A DNA stretch of 64,000 bases from Lama guanicoe (lineage: Eukaryota). The stretch's first letter is position 1; the number at the start of each line of letters is the position of its first letter. This document shows positions 63,485-64,000 of this stretch, piece after piece. The DNA is taken from the NCBI GenBank assembly GCA_013239625.1, contig MU054323.1, positions 20,729,082-20,793,081 on the forward strand, read 5' to 3'. A program made the translations under genes and the position numbers. Below the pieces are notes generated by a model. That model ran no database searches. It saw nothing but the letters and a program-made list of their open reading frames with translations, and was not told the DNA's origin.

Positions 63485-64000
63485 TTTACTTTTTTATTTT
63501 ACATTTTTATTGAGTAATAGTCATTTTATAATGTGTCAAATTCTAGTGTAGAGCACAATTTTTCAGTTATACATGAACATATATATATTCATTGTCACAT
63601 TTTTTTTGATATCACACGATCTTGTATATATTTCCCTGTGCTATACAGTATAATCTTGTTTATCTATTCTATATTTTGAAATTCCAGTCTGTCCCTTCCC
63701 ATCCCCCACCCCCTTGGCAACCACAAGTTTGTATTCTATGTCTATGAGTCTGTTTCTGTTTTATATTTCTTTTCTTTTCTTTTCTTTTCTTTTCTTTTCT
63801 TTTTTTTGGTTCCTCATACGAGCGATCTCATATAGTATTTTTCTTTCTCTTTCTGGCTTACTTCACTTAGAATGACATTCTCCAGGAGCATCCATGTTGC
63901 TGCAAATGGCGTTATGTTGTCAGTTTTTGTGGCTGAATAGTATTCCACTGTATAAATATACCACTTCTTCTTCATCCAGTCATCTGTGGATGGACATCAA
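63485..64000 (-). mobile_element. Young lineage-specific L1 3' end, running off the window end; internal (TTTTC)n at ~63770-63806
   Basis: Reverse complement of the 62280-62806 family (ttctttctctttctggcttacttcacttagaatgacattctccaggagcatccatgttgctgcaaatggc). Confidence 0.93.

Noticed and set aside
1..64000. Flanking THADA exons, CRISPR arrays, prokaryote-type systems, CpG-island promoter
   Set aside because: I saw no sequence for the neighbouring THADA peptides (presumably outside the window), no repeat-spacer arrays and no CpG island; the DNA is mammalian intron.

Overview
Mammalian, repeat-rich genomic DNA lying inside a large gene on the minus strand. Two short internal coding exons, 39720->39605 (116 bp) and 18860->18766 (95 bp), have canonical AG/GT ends and splice in frame to VFHLLQAFSDSKYRMNTYFQQELADVAACTKAKLWLAKR|QNPCLVTRAVYIDILFLLTSCLDKPAKGRQP. 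I recognise this from memory as THADA, probably exons ~30-31 by human numbering. The rest of the window appears intronic. The tRNA-derived SINE family, the young L1 3' ends, and the absence of recognisable Alu, B1, BovB/Bov-A, PRE-1 or Can-SINE point to a camelid (Camelus/Vicugna/Lama); this is inference. Notable items: a full-length RPS25 retrocopy with an intact ORF (61304-61681, antisense to THADA) nested in an old L1; a tail-to-tail pair of young L1 3' ends; a 324-bp tandem duplication (43762-44408) that may be an assembly artefact; two candidate intronic poly(A) sites; several repeat-free, motif-dense enhancer candidates; and many L1, L2, CR1, MIR and hAT/TcMar relics, several with readable target-site duplications (TSDs). 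I found no convincing new biological system. Repeat family names come from recalled consensus sequences, and boundaries without a TSD are approximate.
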